Shown here: in pieces, positions 28,830 through 38,570 of the stretch
Position numbering within the stretch: position 1 is the stretch's first letter
Layout of the letters: the number at the start of each line of letters is the position of its first letter
Assembly (NCBI GenBank): GCA_019116885.1
Contig: DXAU01000070.1
Coordinates: 2,245-66,244, forward strand
Direction: 5' to 3'
DNA length: 64,000 bases
Source: Candidatus Mediterraneibacter pullistercoris
Lineage (GTDB): Bacteria > Bacillota > Clostridia > Lachnospirales > Lachnospiraceae
The notes under the pieces: generated by a model
What the model saw: the letters and a program-made list of their open reading frames with translations, nothing else
Told to the model about the DNA's origin: nothing
Database searches by the model: none
Position numbers and translations under genes: made by a program

Positions 28830-29825
28830 ATGCAGAGAATTTTGAACGATCCGGATTACATCGTCGACGAGATGCTGAAAGGGTTTTTGAAAACCCACGG
28901 CGACATTGTGGAAGCGGCAGACAACCAGAGGGTGATAAAAGCGAAAAATATCACACCAGACAAAGTTGGTGTCGTAACGGGCGGAGGTTCGGGACATAAA
29001 CCGGCGTTTATCGGATATGTCGGCAGGAACATGTGCGACGCAGCGGCAGTTGGAGAAATCTGTTCTTCCCCGACAGCAGCCGCATTTCTAGATGCTTTTA
29101 AGGAGTCGGATCAGGGGAAAGGCGTTGCTTGTCTTTATGGGAATTATTCCGGCGATAATATGAATGTCAAGATGGCAGTGAAAATGGCAAAAAAGCAAGG
29201 AATCACCGTAAAAACCGTTGTTGCAAACGATGATGCGGCCTCAGCTCCGAGGGACCAGCGTGAAAAGCGCCGCGGTGTTGCCGGCGAGATACTGATGTGG
29301 AAAGCAGGAGGCGCAAAGGCGGCTATGGGCGGAAATTTGGATGAAGTTATTGCGGCTGCGCAGAAAGCGATCGATAATACCAGAAGTGTCGGTATCGGAT
29401 TATCTCCCTGTACTCTTCCGGCAGTCGGGCATCCTAATTTTGAGATTAAAGACGGAACTATGGAAGTCGGGATCGGACATCATGGCGAACCAGGAATCGA
29501 AGTGTGCAAATTAGAGACAGCCTCACAGATGGCTCGTAGAATGGTAGATATCGTAGTGCCTGACCTCCCCTTTGAAGCTGGTAACGAAGTCGTGGTACTG
29601 GTGTCCGGTCTTGGCGCAACCCCGGTAATGGAGCTTTATGTATTATACAATGAAATCGAAGAAATCCTTGCTGAAAAAGGAATCAGAATCCACAGATCAT
29701 ATGTTGGAAACTACTTTACTTCTCTGGACATGATGGGAGCCACGCTTACCATTATGAAAGTTGATGAAGAATTAAAAGAACTGATAGACATGCCCGTAAA
29801 CACAATGGGGATGAAGCAATTCTGA
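28830..29825 (+). CDS. dhaK: dihydroxyacetone-kinase family subunit K
   Basis: KMINDP-like N-terminus (RILNDPDYIVDEML), GGGSGHKPAF, EVGIGHHGEPG (substrate-binding His). Confidence 0.88.
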   Translation: MQRILNDPDYIVDEMLKGFLKTHGDIVEAADNQRVIKAKNITPDKVGVVTGGGSGHKPAFIGYVGRNMCDAAAVGEICSSPTAAAFLDAFKESDQGKGVACLYGNYSGDNMNVKMAVKMAKKQGITVKTVVANDDAASAPRDQREKRRGVAGEILMWKAGGAKAAMGGNLDEVIAAAQKAIDNTRSVGIGLSPCTLPAVGHPNFEIKDGTMEVGIGHHGEPGIEVCKLETASQMARRMVDIVVPDLPFEAGNEVVVLVSGLGATPVMELYVLYNEIEEILAEKGIRIHRSYVGNYFTSLDMMGATLTIMKVDEELKELIDMPVNTMGMKQF

Positions 29826-29856
29826 CAGATTAATAAGTTTATACGGAGGGCTTGAT

Positions 29857-30504
29857 ATGTCAACATTTAAAAATACAGAGGGAAAATCAGTATTGTTAAA
29901 AATGGTAAAGGGGATCCAGAAGAACAAAGCATATCTCGGTGAAGTAGATGGCCTTATCGGAGACGGAGATCATGGAATGAATATGAATAAAGGCTTTACA
30001 CTATTTGAAGAGCGCTTTAAAGACAAAGATTTTGGATTCACGGAAGGGTTGGATGAGCTGGGCACGATCCTTTTCTCAGAGATCGGCGGCTCTATGGGGC
30101 CGATCTATGGAACAGTTTTAATGGACACGGCATCTGCGGGCGAAGATCTTGAGGATATTTCTCTGGAGGACTTTGCTAATATGCTGGAGTCCGGACTTGA
30201 AGGGCTGCAGGAGATCGTAGAGGCAAAAACAGGTGACAAAACTCTCGTAGACACTTTGAGTCCAGCAGTAGACAGTTTAAAAAAATCCTCGGCCGAGGGT
30301 AAAGATTTTAAAACAGCTCTGCTTGATATGAAAAGAGCCGCCCGGGCCGGCCGGGATTCCACCAAAGATATGGTGGCCAAATTCGGCAGATCAAGCAGAT
30401 TGGGGGAACGCTCACGAGGGGTTCTGGATGCCGGCGCCACGTCCTGTTGTATCATCCTGGAAACAATGGCCGACGGTATTATGGAGCTGCTGGGAGACTG
30501 CTGA
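29857..30504 (+). CDS. dhaL: dihydroxyacetone-kinase family subunit L
   Basis: GDGDHGMNM nucleotide/Mg site, GGSMGPIYG, GRSSRLGERS motifs. Confidence 0.88.
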   Translation: MSTFKNTEGKSVLLKMVKGIQKNKAYLGEVDGLIGDGDHGMNMNKGFTLFEERFKDKDFGFTEGLDELGTILFSEIGGSMGPIYGTVLMDTASAGEDLEDISLEDFANMLESGLEGLQEIVEAKTGDKTLVDTLSPAVDSLKKSSAEGKDFKTALLDMKRAARAGRDSTKDMVAKFGRSSRLGERSRGVLDAGATSCCIILETMADGIMELLGDC

Positions 30505-30537
30505 TATTTCAAACAACAGAAAGCGAGGATCATACTT

Positions 30538-30984
30538 ATGCGTTTAATAATTGGCTGCGACGAGGCGGCCTATACGTTGAAAATGGTGGTCATAGACCAC
30601 CTGAAAGAAAAAGGATACGAAGTAGATGATTTCGGCGCTGAGAAAGGCCAGGTCGTCCTCTATCCGGATATTGCTTATAAAGTAGCGGATCAGATTGCCG
30701 CTGGGAATTATGACAGGGGAATCCTGCTTTGCGGCACCGGGATCGGAATGGCAATCTGTGCCAATAAAGTCCCGGGAGTACGGGCGGCAGTATGTCATGA
30801 TCCATTCTCTGCCGAACGTTCAAGAAAAAGCAATAATGCACAGATCATGTGCCTGGGCGAAAGAGTGGTAGGTGTTGAATTGGCAAAATGTCTCGTAGAC
30901 ATATGGCTTGACTGCGAATTTGCAGGCGGAGGTTCCAAGCCAAAAGTGGACAGGATCATGGAACTTGAGCAGGCGCATCTCTAA
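30538..30984 (+). CDS. rpiB: RpiB/LacA/LacB family sugar-phosphate isomerase
   Basis: MRLIIGCDEAAY..., LLCGTGIGMAICANK, NAQIMCLGERVVG motifs. Confidence 0.85.
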   Translation: MRLIIGCDEAAYTLKMVVIDHLKEKGYEVDDFGAEKGQVVLYPDIAYKVADQIAAGNYDRGILLCGTGIGMAICANKVPGVRAAVCHDPFSAERSRKSNNAQIMCLGERVVGVELAKCLVDIWLDCEFAGGGSKPKVDRIMELEQAHL

Positions 30985-30990
30985 TCCTTT

Positions 30991-31152
30991 CTAAAGTCGC
31001 GGACATGAGGGCTGGCCTGACCAGTCTATGTTAGAGCGGTACTGCTTATAATCTGGATAACCTTTTCTTAAAATTTTGAGGAGCTGATGGTTGAATCTCT
31101 CTGTGGTATTGGCAGTATAAATCAAACGGCACACCGCCCTGGGATACTTAAA
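30991..31152 (-). mobile_element. IS256 (Mutator) family transposase C-terminal remnant
   Basis: The minus frame reads FKYPRAVCRLIYTANTTERFNHQLLKILRKGYPDYKQ...*. It resembles the conserved F.YP..(I/V)R..IYTTN.IE.FN.QLRK block; only about 50 codons remain and there is no start. Confidence 0.45.
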
Positions 31153-31160
31153 ATATCTGT

Positions 31161-31643
31161 TTAAGTATCCTGGGCGAACCCTTTGCGTTTCTTAGCGGCT
31201 TCGATCAGCTCTTTGGCTTCTTCAAAAGCAGAGGGAAGGTACTTCTCTGTCCATTCTTTTCCCTGTTTTTCCTGTCTTTTGATTTCATCCCAGCTTGTCT
31301 GTGATCCGTCTGTCCCCGGGCTGTCTGAGTCTCCGAAGACGTGCGGGTGACGGCGGATCATCTTGTCGATGATGGACTGGATTACATCGTCCATTGTGAA
31401 GAGACCTTCTTCTTCTGCAATCCGGGCGTGGATCACGACCTGCATTAGAAGATCGCCGAGCTCTTCTTTCAGGTTTTCGGCGTCTCCTGTCTGCTCCAGG
31501 ATATTGATTCCGCAGATCACTTCCGCGGCTTCTTCGATACAGTTTTTTTTCAGACTCATATGCGTCTGTGCCCGGTCCCACGGACATCCGTCCGGAGCTC
31601 TCAGGCGCGCGATGACTTCTTCAAACTGTTCAAACTTTGTCAT
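31161..31643 (-). CDS. mazG: MazG-type nucleoside triphosphate pyrophosphohydrolase
   Basis: LRAPDGCPWDRAQTH, EEAAEV, EELGDLLMQVV and RHPHVFG motifs. Confidence 0.85.
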   Translation of the reverse strand: MTKFEQFEEVIARLRAPDGCPWDRAQTHMSLKKNCIEEAAEVICGINILEQTGDAENLKEELGDLLMQVVIHARIAEEEGLFTMDDVIQSIIDKMIRRHPHVFGDSDSPGTDGSQTSWDEIKRQEKQGKEWTEKYLPSAFEEAKELIEAAKKRKGFAQDT

Positions 31644-31732
31644 TTCCGGAAATCTCCTTCGTTACATTCGTAACTCAATTTTACTATGTTTAGAAGAGGG
31701 GTGCAAGGTATGGGCGCGAAAAGGTATGCGGG

Positions 31733-31788
31733 AAAAAACTCCCCATCCAAACGCCGGGGCTGATCTTGGCCGGCATTTGGATGGGGAT
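31733..31788 (-). terminator. rho-independent terminator of the aldehyde dehydrogenase gene
   Basis: 17-bp stem (ccccatccaaacgccgg / ccggcatttggatgggg, 1 mismatch) followed on the minus strand by TTTTTT. Confidence 0.7.
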
Positions 31789-31810
31789 GTTTTCTGTTTT
31801 GCCAGAAAGT

Positions 31811-33301
31811 TTATTTTGCGGGATAGAATCCGGTGGGAACTTCGCCAAGGTTAATCATAATGTTCTTCATCTGTGTGTAGTGTTCAAGGATAACCTTGTG
31901 CGTCTCGCGTCCGATGCCGGAAGTTTTGTAGCCTCCGAACGGAGCTCCCTCGGGGATCGAGTTGTATGTATTTACCCACATGCGTCCTGTCTCGACTGCC
32001 ATGGAAACCCGGAGCGCCCGGTTGATATCTCTTGTCCATACCGCGCCGCCCAGACCATATTCGCTGTCGTTGGCCATGGCTATGACTTCTTCTTCTGTCT
32101 TAAACTTCAGGATGCATGCCACCGGCCCGAAGATTTCCTCCTGAGCGACCCGCATATCATTCGTCACATCGCCTAAAAGGGTGGGGCGGATAAAGCATCC
32201 GCTTTCAAGACCGTCCTCTGTGACCTGATATCCGCCGCAGAGTACTTTTGCGCCTTCCTCTTTTCCGATTTCTACATATTTGAGGATCTTATTCATCTGT
32301 CCTTTACTGATCTGTGAGCCCATCTGTGTCTCTGGGTCAAGGGGAAGTCCTACCTTTACCTGTTCAAAGCGCTTTACTGCATCTTCCACAAATTTGTCGT
32401 AGATATCCTCATGGACGAATACACGGGAGCCTGCGCAGCACACCTGGCCCTGATTAAAGAGGATGCCCATCTGCAGACCGTCCATAGCCATCTCCCAGTC
32501 ACAGTCGCTGAAGAAAATGTTTGCTGATTTTCCGCCAAGTTCAAGGGTGGACGGAATCAGTTTTTCAGCAGCGGCAAGGGCAACGCTGCGGCCGACTTCC
32601 GTCGAACCGGTGAATGCCAGCTTGCGGAAACCGTTGTGCTCCAGCATATACTGTCCGGATTTGGAGCCTGCGCCAGTGATAACGTTGAAAACACCCGGGG
32701 GAATTACATCCTGAATGAGCTTTGCGAACTCAAGAACGCTCAAAGGTGTCGTGCTCGATGTTTTCAGTACAGTACAGCATCCGCTTGCCAGAACCGGGGC
32801 CAGTTTCCACGCTGCCATGAGGAACGGAAAGTTCCAGGGCACGATCTGTCCGACTACGCCGATGGGTTCTCTGAGGATCAGACTGAGCGTATCTTTCCCG
32901 AGTATGTTGGCGTTGCCTTCCTCCGCCATGATGCATCCTGCGAAATAGCGGAAATGCTGTGCCGAAAGAGGGATATCCACGGCCATTGTCTCGCGGATTG
33001 GTTTTCCGTTGTCCATGGATTCCACAGCCGCAAGAAACTCGGTGTTTTCGTCGATGATGTCTGCTATTTTGTTTAAAACCGCGGCGCGCTCATTGACCGT
33101 GGTATTCTTCCACGATGCAAATGCTTCCCAAGCAGCCTGTACGGCTTCATCCACATCCTCGCGCGTTGCCTCGGCACATTCGGCAAGGAGGCTTCCGTCT
33201 GCGGGAGAGAATGTCTTGAAAGTGGCGTTGTCAGAGGCGTCTTTCCATTGTCCGCCTATGTATAACTGATATTTGTTTTGAAGTTCTATTTTCGTAATCA
33301 A
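31811..33301 (-). CDS. NAD(P)-dependent aldehyde dehydrogenase
   Basis: ELGGKSANIFF (catalytic Glu) and FNQGQVCCAGSRVFVHE (catalytic Cys) motifs; 496 aa. Confidence 0.9.
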   Translation of the reverse strand: MITKIELQNKYQLYIGGQWKDASDNATFKTFSPADGSLLAECAEATREDVDEAVQAAWEAFASWKNTTVNERAAVLNKIADIIDENTEFLAAVESMDNGKPIRETMAVDIPLSAQHFRYFAGCIMAEEGNANILGKDTLSLILREPIGVVGQIVPWNFPFLMAAWKLAPVLASGCCTVLKTSSTTPLSVLEFAKLIQDVIPPGVFNVITGAGSKSGQYMLEHNGFRKLAFTGSTEVGRSVALAAAEKLIPSTLELGGKSANIFFSDCDWEMAMDGLQMGILFNQGQVCCAGSRVFVHEDIYDKFVEDAVKRFEQVKVGLPLDPETQMGSQISKGQMNKILKYVEIGKEEGAKVLCGGYQVTEDGLESGCFIRPTLLGDVTNDMRVAQEEIFGPVACILKFKTEEEVIAMANDSEYGLGGAVWTRDINRALRVSMAVETGRMWVNTYNSIPEGAPFGGYKTSGIGRETHKVILEHYTQMKNIMINLGEVPTGFYPAK

Positions 33302-33566
33302 ACACTCCTTTCTATGCTTTGCCTGTTCTATTTGGTAACATCATATCTGCTGGATATGTAAAAAGTCAACAAAAATTTAATCTTTAACAAAGCGATATTG
33401 TGGTATTTTTAACAAAAATTTAATAAAATGTGAGTTTTACGCTCACAGTACACCTGAAACAGAGAAACAGGATGGAAGAAAGCGATTCATTTTTTTAAAT
33501 TTTACAGTTTGAGCTCGGAACTTTGATAAAAGAGTGACAGAAATCGTGACCAATTCTAAAAAAGAA

Positions 33567-33595
33567 TTGCCGAATTCCCACTATTCCGGTATAAT
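33567..33595 (+). promoter_or_regulatory. candidate promoter of the NRAMP-like/pxp operon
   Basis: TTGCCG, 17 nt, TATAAT, 36 nt upstream of the start codon. Confidence 0.4.
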
Positions 33596-33631
33596 TTGTT
33601 TATTATGGTATTTAAGAAAGGATGAGAAAAG

Positions 33632-34852
33632 ATGGAAAAGACAAACAAAAAGAGTCTCAGCGTCCTGATCGGTGCGGCATTTCTCATGGCTACCTCTGCG
33701 ATCGGACCGGGATTCCTCACACAGACAGGAACATTTACCGGAAGCCTGAAAGCGAGTTTTGGCTTCGTTATCCTGATATCAGTCATATTATCGGCTATCG
33801 TTCAGCTTAATGTATGGCGCGTGCTCTGCGTGTCCGGCATGAGAGGTCAGGATGTGGCCAACAAGGTTCTTCCAGGACTCGGATATGTCGTAGCGTTCCT
33901 TGTTGTTGCAGGCGGACTGGTCTTTAATATTGGGAATGTGGGCGGAGGCGCCCTCGGATTTAACACGCTGCTTGGAATTCCGGAGATGGCGGGATATTTC
34001 CTCGCAGGAGGCGTGGCGATCGTTATATTCCTTCTGAAAAATGCAATGAACGCAATGGATACACTGACAAAAATCCTCGGCGGTATTATGATCGTAGTTA
34101 TTTTTGTAGTAATCATTATCGTGCGTCCCCCGGTAGGACTGGCGCTGAAAGAGACCGTGATGCCGACAGCTCCTATAGAAAATATTTTCCCGGCGATCCT
34201 TACGCTTCTTGGCGGAACAGTGGGAGGTTATATCACTTTCTCGGGAGCTCACCGACTCATTGACGCCGGGATTACGAAGAAAGATAATCTGGGCGAGATC
34301 ACAAAGAGCTCTGTGATGGGAATCGGTATTGCGACGATCGTGCGAGTCTTTTTGTTCCTTGCGATTCTCGGGGTTGTGGTTGCGACAGCGACATCGCCTG
34401 CACATACGCTTGACCCGGATAATCCTGCTGCGGATGCGTTCAGGATCGGAGCGGGAGAACTCGGATACCGCTTCTTCGGGCTGGTTCTGCTCTGCGCTGC
34501 GATTACATCTATCGTAGGATGCGCATATACTTCCGTATCTTTCTTAAAGACATTCAACAAGAGTATTGAAAAAAATGAAAACTGGTTCATCGTAGGGTTT
34601 ATTGCAGTGAGTACAATTGTCATGGCGGTTCTGGGACAGCCTGCAACGCTGCTCGTTCTGGCAGGTGCATTAAACGGACTGATCCTTCCGATTACTCTTG
34701 GAGTATGTCTTATCGCATCCCAGAAGAAATCTATCATGGGAGAAGACTACAGGCATCCGATATGGCTTCTGCTCCTCGGCATAATCGTCGTGATCGCAGC
34801 AGCATATCTTGGCATCACATCCCTTGGAAAGCTGGGCCAGCTCTTTTTATAG
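33632..34852 (+). CDS. NRAMP-related membrane transporter (YcsG-like)
   Basis: IGAAFLMATSAIGPGFLTQT N-terminal motif, about 11 TM helices; the same position as ycsG in the B. subtilis ycsF-ycsG-ycsI-kipI-kipA operon. Confidence 0.7.
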   Translation: MEKTNKKSLSVLIGAAFLMATSAIGPGFLTQTGTFTGSLKASFGFVILISVILSAIVQLNVWRVLCVSGMRGQDVANKVLPGLGYVVAFLVVAGGLVFNIGNVGGGALGFNTLLGIPEMAGYFLAGGVAIVIFLLKNAMNAMDTLTKILGGIMIVVIFVVIIIVRPPVGLALKETVMPTAPIENIFPAILTLLGGTVGGYITFSGAHRLIDAGITKKDNLGEITKSSVMGIGIATIVRVFLFLAILGVVVATATSPAHTLDPDNPAADAFRIGAGELGYRFFGLVLLCAAITSIVGCAYTSVSFLKTFNKSIEKNENWFIVGFIAVSTIVMAVLGQPATLLVLAGALNGLILPITLGVCLIASQKKSIMGEDYRHPIWLLLLGIIVVIAAAYLGITSLGKLGQLFL

Positions 34853-34923
34853 GCAGTTGCAGAGACTGCTGAATATTCCTGCACAAACGTTCAGACCAGC
34901 GGTGCGCAGGTGGAAAGGCAAGA

Positions 34924-35658
34924 ATGATTATGAATGAAATTAAAATTTATACTGCGGGAGACTCCTCGATACTGATTGAATTCGGACAGGAGATCTCCCC
35001 GGAGATCAACGCACAGATCACAGCTTTAGTACATCTGATCAAAGCCCAGCATATCGAGGGCGTCGCGGACATGATTCCGGCTTTCTCCTCTCTGCTTATC
35101 AACTACGATCCCAGAGTTGTCAGCTACGCAGGGCTGCGTGAACGGCTGGAAAAGCTGCTGAAGCTGGAGATAAGCGGGGAATCCTCAAAGTCAAGGGTCT
35201 TTGAGATTCCGGTCTGCTACGGCGGTGCATACGGGCCGGATCTTCAGAACATCGCAGACCATGCAGGACTTTCTGCAGAAGAAGTCATCCGGATACACAG
35301 TTCCAGAGATTACCTGATCTATATGCTCGGCTTTCTTCCCGGTTTCTCCTATCTGGGCGGCCTTGACGAGCGGATTCACACTCCGAGGCTTGCCAATCCG
35401 CGAATCAGAATCCCGGCGGGAAGCGTCGGGATCGGCGGCTCACAGACAGGCATATATCCGCTGGACTCTCCTGGCGGATGGCAGCTTCTCGGGATGACGC
35501 CGGTAAAGACATATGATCCGGCGCGGGAAGTGCCGATTCTTTTTGAGGCGGGCGATTATATCAGGTTTGTTCCGGTATCAGAGGAGGAATTCCAGAGAAT
35601 AAGAAAAAAGGTGGACGAGGGCACCTATGAGTGTACGATCCATAAGAAAGGGGTGTGA
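34924..35658 (+). CDS. pxpB: 5-oxoprolinase subunit B / KipI family (AHS1)
   Basis: AGDSSILIEFG, IPAFSSLLINYDP, YMLGFLPGFSYLG motifs. Confidence 0.85.
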   Translation: MIMNEIKIYTAGDSSILIEFGQEISPEINAQITALVHLIKAQHIEGVADMIPAFSSLLINYDPRVVSYAGLRERLEKLLKLEISGESSKSRVFEIPVCYGGAYGPDLQNIADHAGLSAEEVIRIHSSRDYLIYMLGFLPGFSYLGGLDERIHTPRLANPRIRIPAGSVGIGGSQTGIYPLDSPGGWQLLGMTPVKTYDPAREVPILFEAGDYIRFVPVSEEEFQRIRKKVDEGTYECTIHKKGV

Positions 35659-35661
35659 TCT

Positions 35662-36666
35662 ATGGGAATCCGTGTTTTAAAAGGCGGGATGCTGACAACC
35701 GTGCAGGATCTTGGACGGACAGGCTATCAGAGCCAGGGATTCAGCGTATCCGGCGTTATGGACGTCCGTTCCTTTAAGATCGCCAATCTGCTCCTTGATA
35801 ATCCGGAGAATGAGGCAGTTCTTGAATTCACACTGATGGGGCCAAGCCTGGAGTTCACTTCCGAGACGATCATTGCTATCACCGGCGGGGATTTCCAGCC
35901 CCGTGTCAATAAAAAACCTGTGAAGATGTATACGGCTCTCTATATGCACAAAGGGGATGTGCTGGATTTTGCAGGATGCCGTACCGGAAGCCGCGGATAT
36001 ATCGCGTTTTCGAGTTATCTGGATATCCCTGTGGTCATGGGAAGCCGTTCCACAAATATTAAATGTGGAATTGGAGGATTTAAAGGACGCAGACTCAAAG
36101 AGGACGATTATATCGGTTTCCGTATCAAGAGACGGTATCTGCCGTATTTCCTTTCCAGGAGTCTTGAGCTGGATGAATTTGACTATGACGAGGTGACGCT
36201 CCGCGTCGTTATGGGGCCGCAGGAAGATGTATTTACAAATGCGGGCCGGGAAACATTTTTGAATTCAGAATATATTGTCACCAGTGATTTTGACAGAATG
36301 GGCTGCCGCCTGGAGGGGCCTTTTATCGCATACAAGACAACGGCGGATATTATATCGGACGGTATTGCGTTCGGTTCGGTGCAGGTACCGAGCCACGGAA
36401 AGCCGATCGTGCTTTTGTCTGACCGCCAGACGACTGGAGGTTATGCAAAGATTGCAACGGTAATCTCCGTGGATATCCCGAAACTGGCGCAGTGCAGGAC
36501 GGACAACAAGGTCCGGTTTGCCGCAGTATCGGTGGAAGAAGCGCAGCAGCTCCTGCTTGATGAAGTGGAGGCGCTTAACGATCTGCGCAGGCAGATCTAC
36601 CAGCCGTGCAGAGAAGTGCTGGAATGTCGGCTGGTGGCAAAACGTCTCGGAAAACTGTTTCAGTAG
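35662..36666 (+). CDS. pxpC: 5-oxoprolinase subunit C / KipA family (AHS2)
   Basis: GMLTTVQDLGR.GYQ..G.S.SG.MD start and DRQTTGGYAKIATV motif. Confidence 0.85.
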   Translation: MGIRVLKGGMLTTVQDLGRTGYQSQGFSVSGVMDVRSFKIANLLLDNPENEAVLEFTLMGPSLEFTSETIIAITGGDFQPRVNKKPVKMYTALYMHKGDVLDFAGCRTGSRGYIAFSSYLDIPVVMGSRSTNIKCGIGGFKGRRLKEDDYIGFRIKRRYLPYFLSRSLELDEFDYDEVTLRVVMGPQEDVFTNAGRETFLNSEYIVTSDFDRMGCRLEGPFIAYKTTADIISDGIAFGSVQVPSHGKPIVLLSDRQTTGGYAKIATVISVDIPKLAQCRTDNKVRFAAVSVEEAQQLLLDEVEALNDLRRQIYQPCREVLECRLVAKRLGKLFQ

Positions 36667-36729
36667 ACAAATGAGATCTGCCTGGCAGATTTCCTGGTGT
36701 AAGTAAGAAAGAAAAGAGGAGAGACCCAT

Positions 36730-37152
36730 ATGGATTTGAAAAAGATCGAGAAACTGGTAGAGATTGTTGAGAAATCCTCCATGCTGGAATTCAGCATACA
36801 GGAGGGGGATCTGAAGATCAGGATGAGCCGCAGAGGAAGTGCGGACACGCCTGGAGAACCGGTCATGACAGTCAGAACAGAGACACCTGCGGAAGAGACA
36901 GTGGAGGAGAACTATATTATTTCTCCCATCGTAGGTACTTTTTATTCTGCTCCGTCTCCGGATGCAAAGCCATTTGTAAAAGTAGGAGACGTGGTGAAAG
37001 CCGGGCAGACAGTATGTATTCTTGAAGCGATGAAACTGATGAACGAGATCGAGAGTGATTATGACTGTGAAATCGAGGCCGTCCTTGTAAGCAACGAACA
37101 GAAAGTCGAGTACGGACAGCCCCTCTTCAAGGTAAAGAAACTGTCAGACTAA
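36730..37152 (+). CDS. accB: biotin carboxyl carrier protein
   Basis: Biotinylation motif ILEAMKLMNEI near the C-terminus; 140 aa. Confidence 0.85.
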   Translation: MDLKKIEKLVEIVEKSSMLEFSIQEGDLKIRMSRRGSADTPGEPVMTVRTETPAEETVEENYIISPIVGTFYSAPSPDAKPFVKVGDVVKAGQTVCILEAMKLMNEIESDYDCEIEAVLVSNEQKVEYGQPLFKVKKLSD

Positions 37153-37165
37153 GGGGGAGACGCTC

Positions 37166-38512
37166 ATGTTTCAGAAAATATTGATCGCAAACCGCGGAGA
37201 GATCGCTGTCAGGATCATACGGGCATGCCGGAATATGGGAATCCGGAGCGTAGCGGTTTATTCAAAGGAAGACAGGGACAGCCTTCACGTCCAGCTTGCG
37301 GACCAGCGCATCTGTATAGGCGAGGGAGCGGCGAGAAACAGTTACCTTAACAAAGAGCGCATTGTGACTGCAGCGCTCAATATGGGTGCTGACGCTATCC
37401 ACCCGGGATTTGGCTTCCTGTCTGAAAATGCGGATTTCGTACGCCTGTGCGAAAAGAACGGTCTGACATTCATAGGACCAAAAGCTGACGTGATCGACAG
37501 TATGGGCAATAAATCCCAAGCGCGCAAAACAATGATGGATGCAGGCGTTCCGGTTGTTCCCGGAACAAAAGATCCGGTGTACGATGCGGAGAACGGTATC
37601 AGGCTTGCAGAGGAGATCGGCTATCCGGTCATGATCAAGGCTTCCTCAGGCGGTGGAGGCAAAGGCATGCGTGTGGCCAGATCCGCCGACGAGTTTGAGT
37701 TCCAGTTCAATATGGCGCAGCGGGAGTCAGCTAATGCATTTGGCGACGATACCATGTATATCGAGAGATTTATCGAGAATCCACGCCATGTTGAGATCCA
37801 GATTATGGCAGACAATTTCGGCAATGTAGTGGCTCTGGGAGAGCGCGACTGCTCGGTTCAGAGAAACCACCAGAAGCTGATTGAAGAATCACCTTCACCG
37901 GCGATCAACGATGAGATCAGGGCAGCCATGAACCGTGACGCAGTACTGGCGGCAAAGGCGGTAAACTATACCAATGCGGGGACGATAGAGTTCATCCTTG
38001 ACCCGAAAGGAACCTATTATTTCATGGAGATGAACACCCGTATCCAGGTGGAGCACGGCGTCACGGAGATGGTGACGGGCACCGACCTGATCATTGAACA
38101 GATCCGCGTGGCAATGGGCGAACCTCTGAGCTTTCAGCAGGAAGAGATCCAGCTCCGCGGACATGCAATCGAGTGCCGCATCAATGCGGAGATACCGGAG
38201 AAGAACTTTATGCCCAGTCCGGGTGTTGTAAAAAACCTTCATCTGCCGGCAGGGAACGGCGTCCGGGTAGATACAGCGCTCTACACAGGTTACCGCATCC
38301 CGTCAGAGTATGACTCCATGATCGCCAAGGTCATTGTCCATGCTCCGGACCGTGAGGCGGCACTCCAGAAAATGCGCGCTGCTCTGGACGAGATGGTTAT
38401 TACGGGTATTGAGACGAATCTGGACTTCCAGTATCAGATCCTGCGCAATCCGGAGTTCTGCGAGGGCAGGGCGGATACCGGATTCATCCAGCGGATACTC
38501 AGACTGGACTGA
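37166..38512 (+). CDS. accC: biotin carboxylase
   Basis: KILIANRGEIAVRIIRAC, GYPVMIKASSGGGGKGMR, EMNTRIQVEH motifs. Confidence 0.9.
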   Translation: MFQKILIANRGEIAVRIIRACRNMGIRSVAVYSKEDRDSLHVQLADQRICIGEGAARNSYLNKERIVTAALNMGADAIHPGFGFLSENADFVRLCEKNGLTFIGPKADVIDSMGNKSQARKTMMDAGVPVVPGTKDPVYDAENGIRLAEEIGYPVMIKASSGGGGKGMRVARSADEFEFQFNMAQRESANAFGDDTMYIERFIENPRHVEIQIMADNFGNVVALGERDCSVQRNHQKLIEESPSPAINDEIRAAMNRDAVLAAKAVNYTNAGTIEFILDPKGTYYFMEMNTRIQVEHGVTEMVTGTDLIIEQIRVAMGEPLSFQQEEIQLRGHAIECRINAEIPEKNFMPSPGVVKNLHLPAGNGVRVDTALYTGYRIPSEYDSMIAKVIVHAPDREAALQKMRAALDEMVITGIETNLDFQYQILRNPEFCEGRADTGFIQRILRLD

Positions 38513-38570
38513 CCGGGCGGAGGCCCCAAAAGGGCCTGAACAGATAATCAGGAAAGAAGAGTGAATTAGT

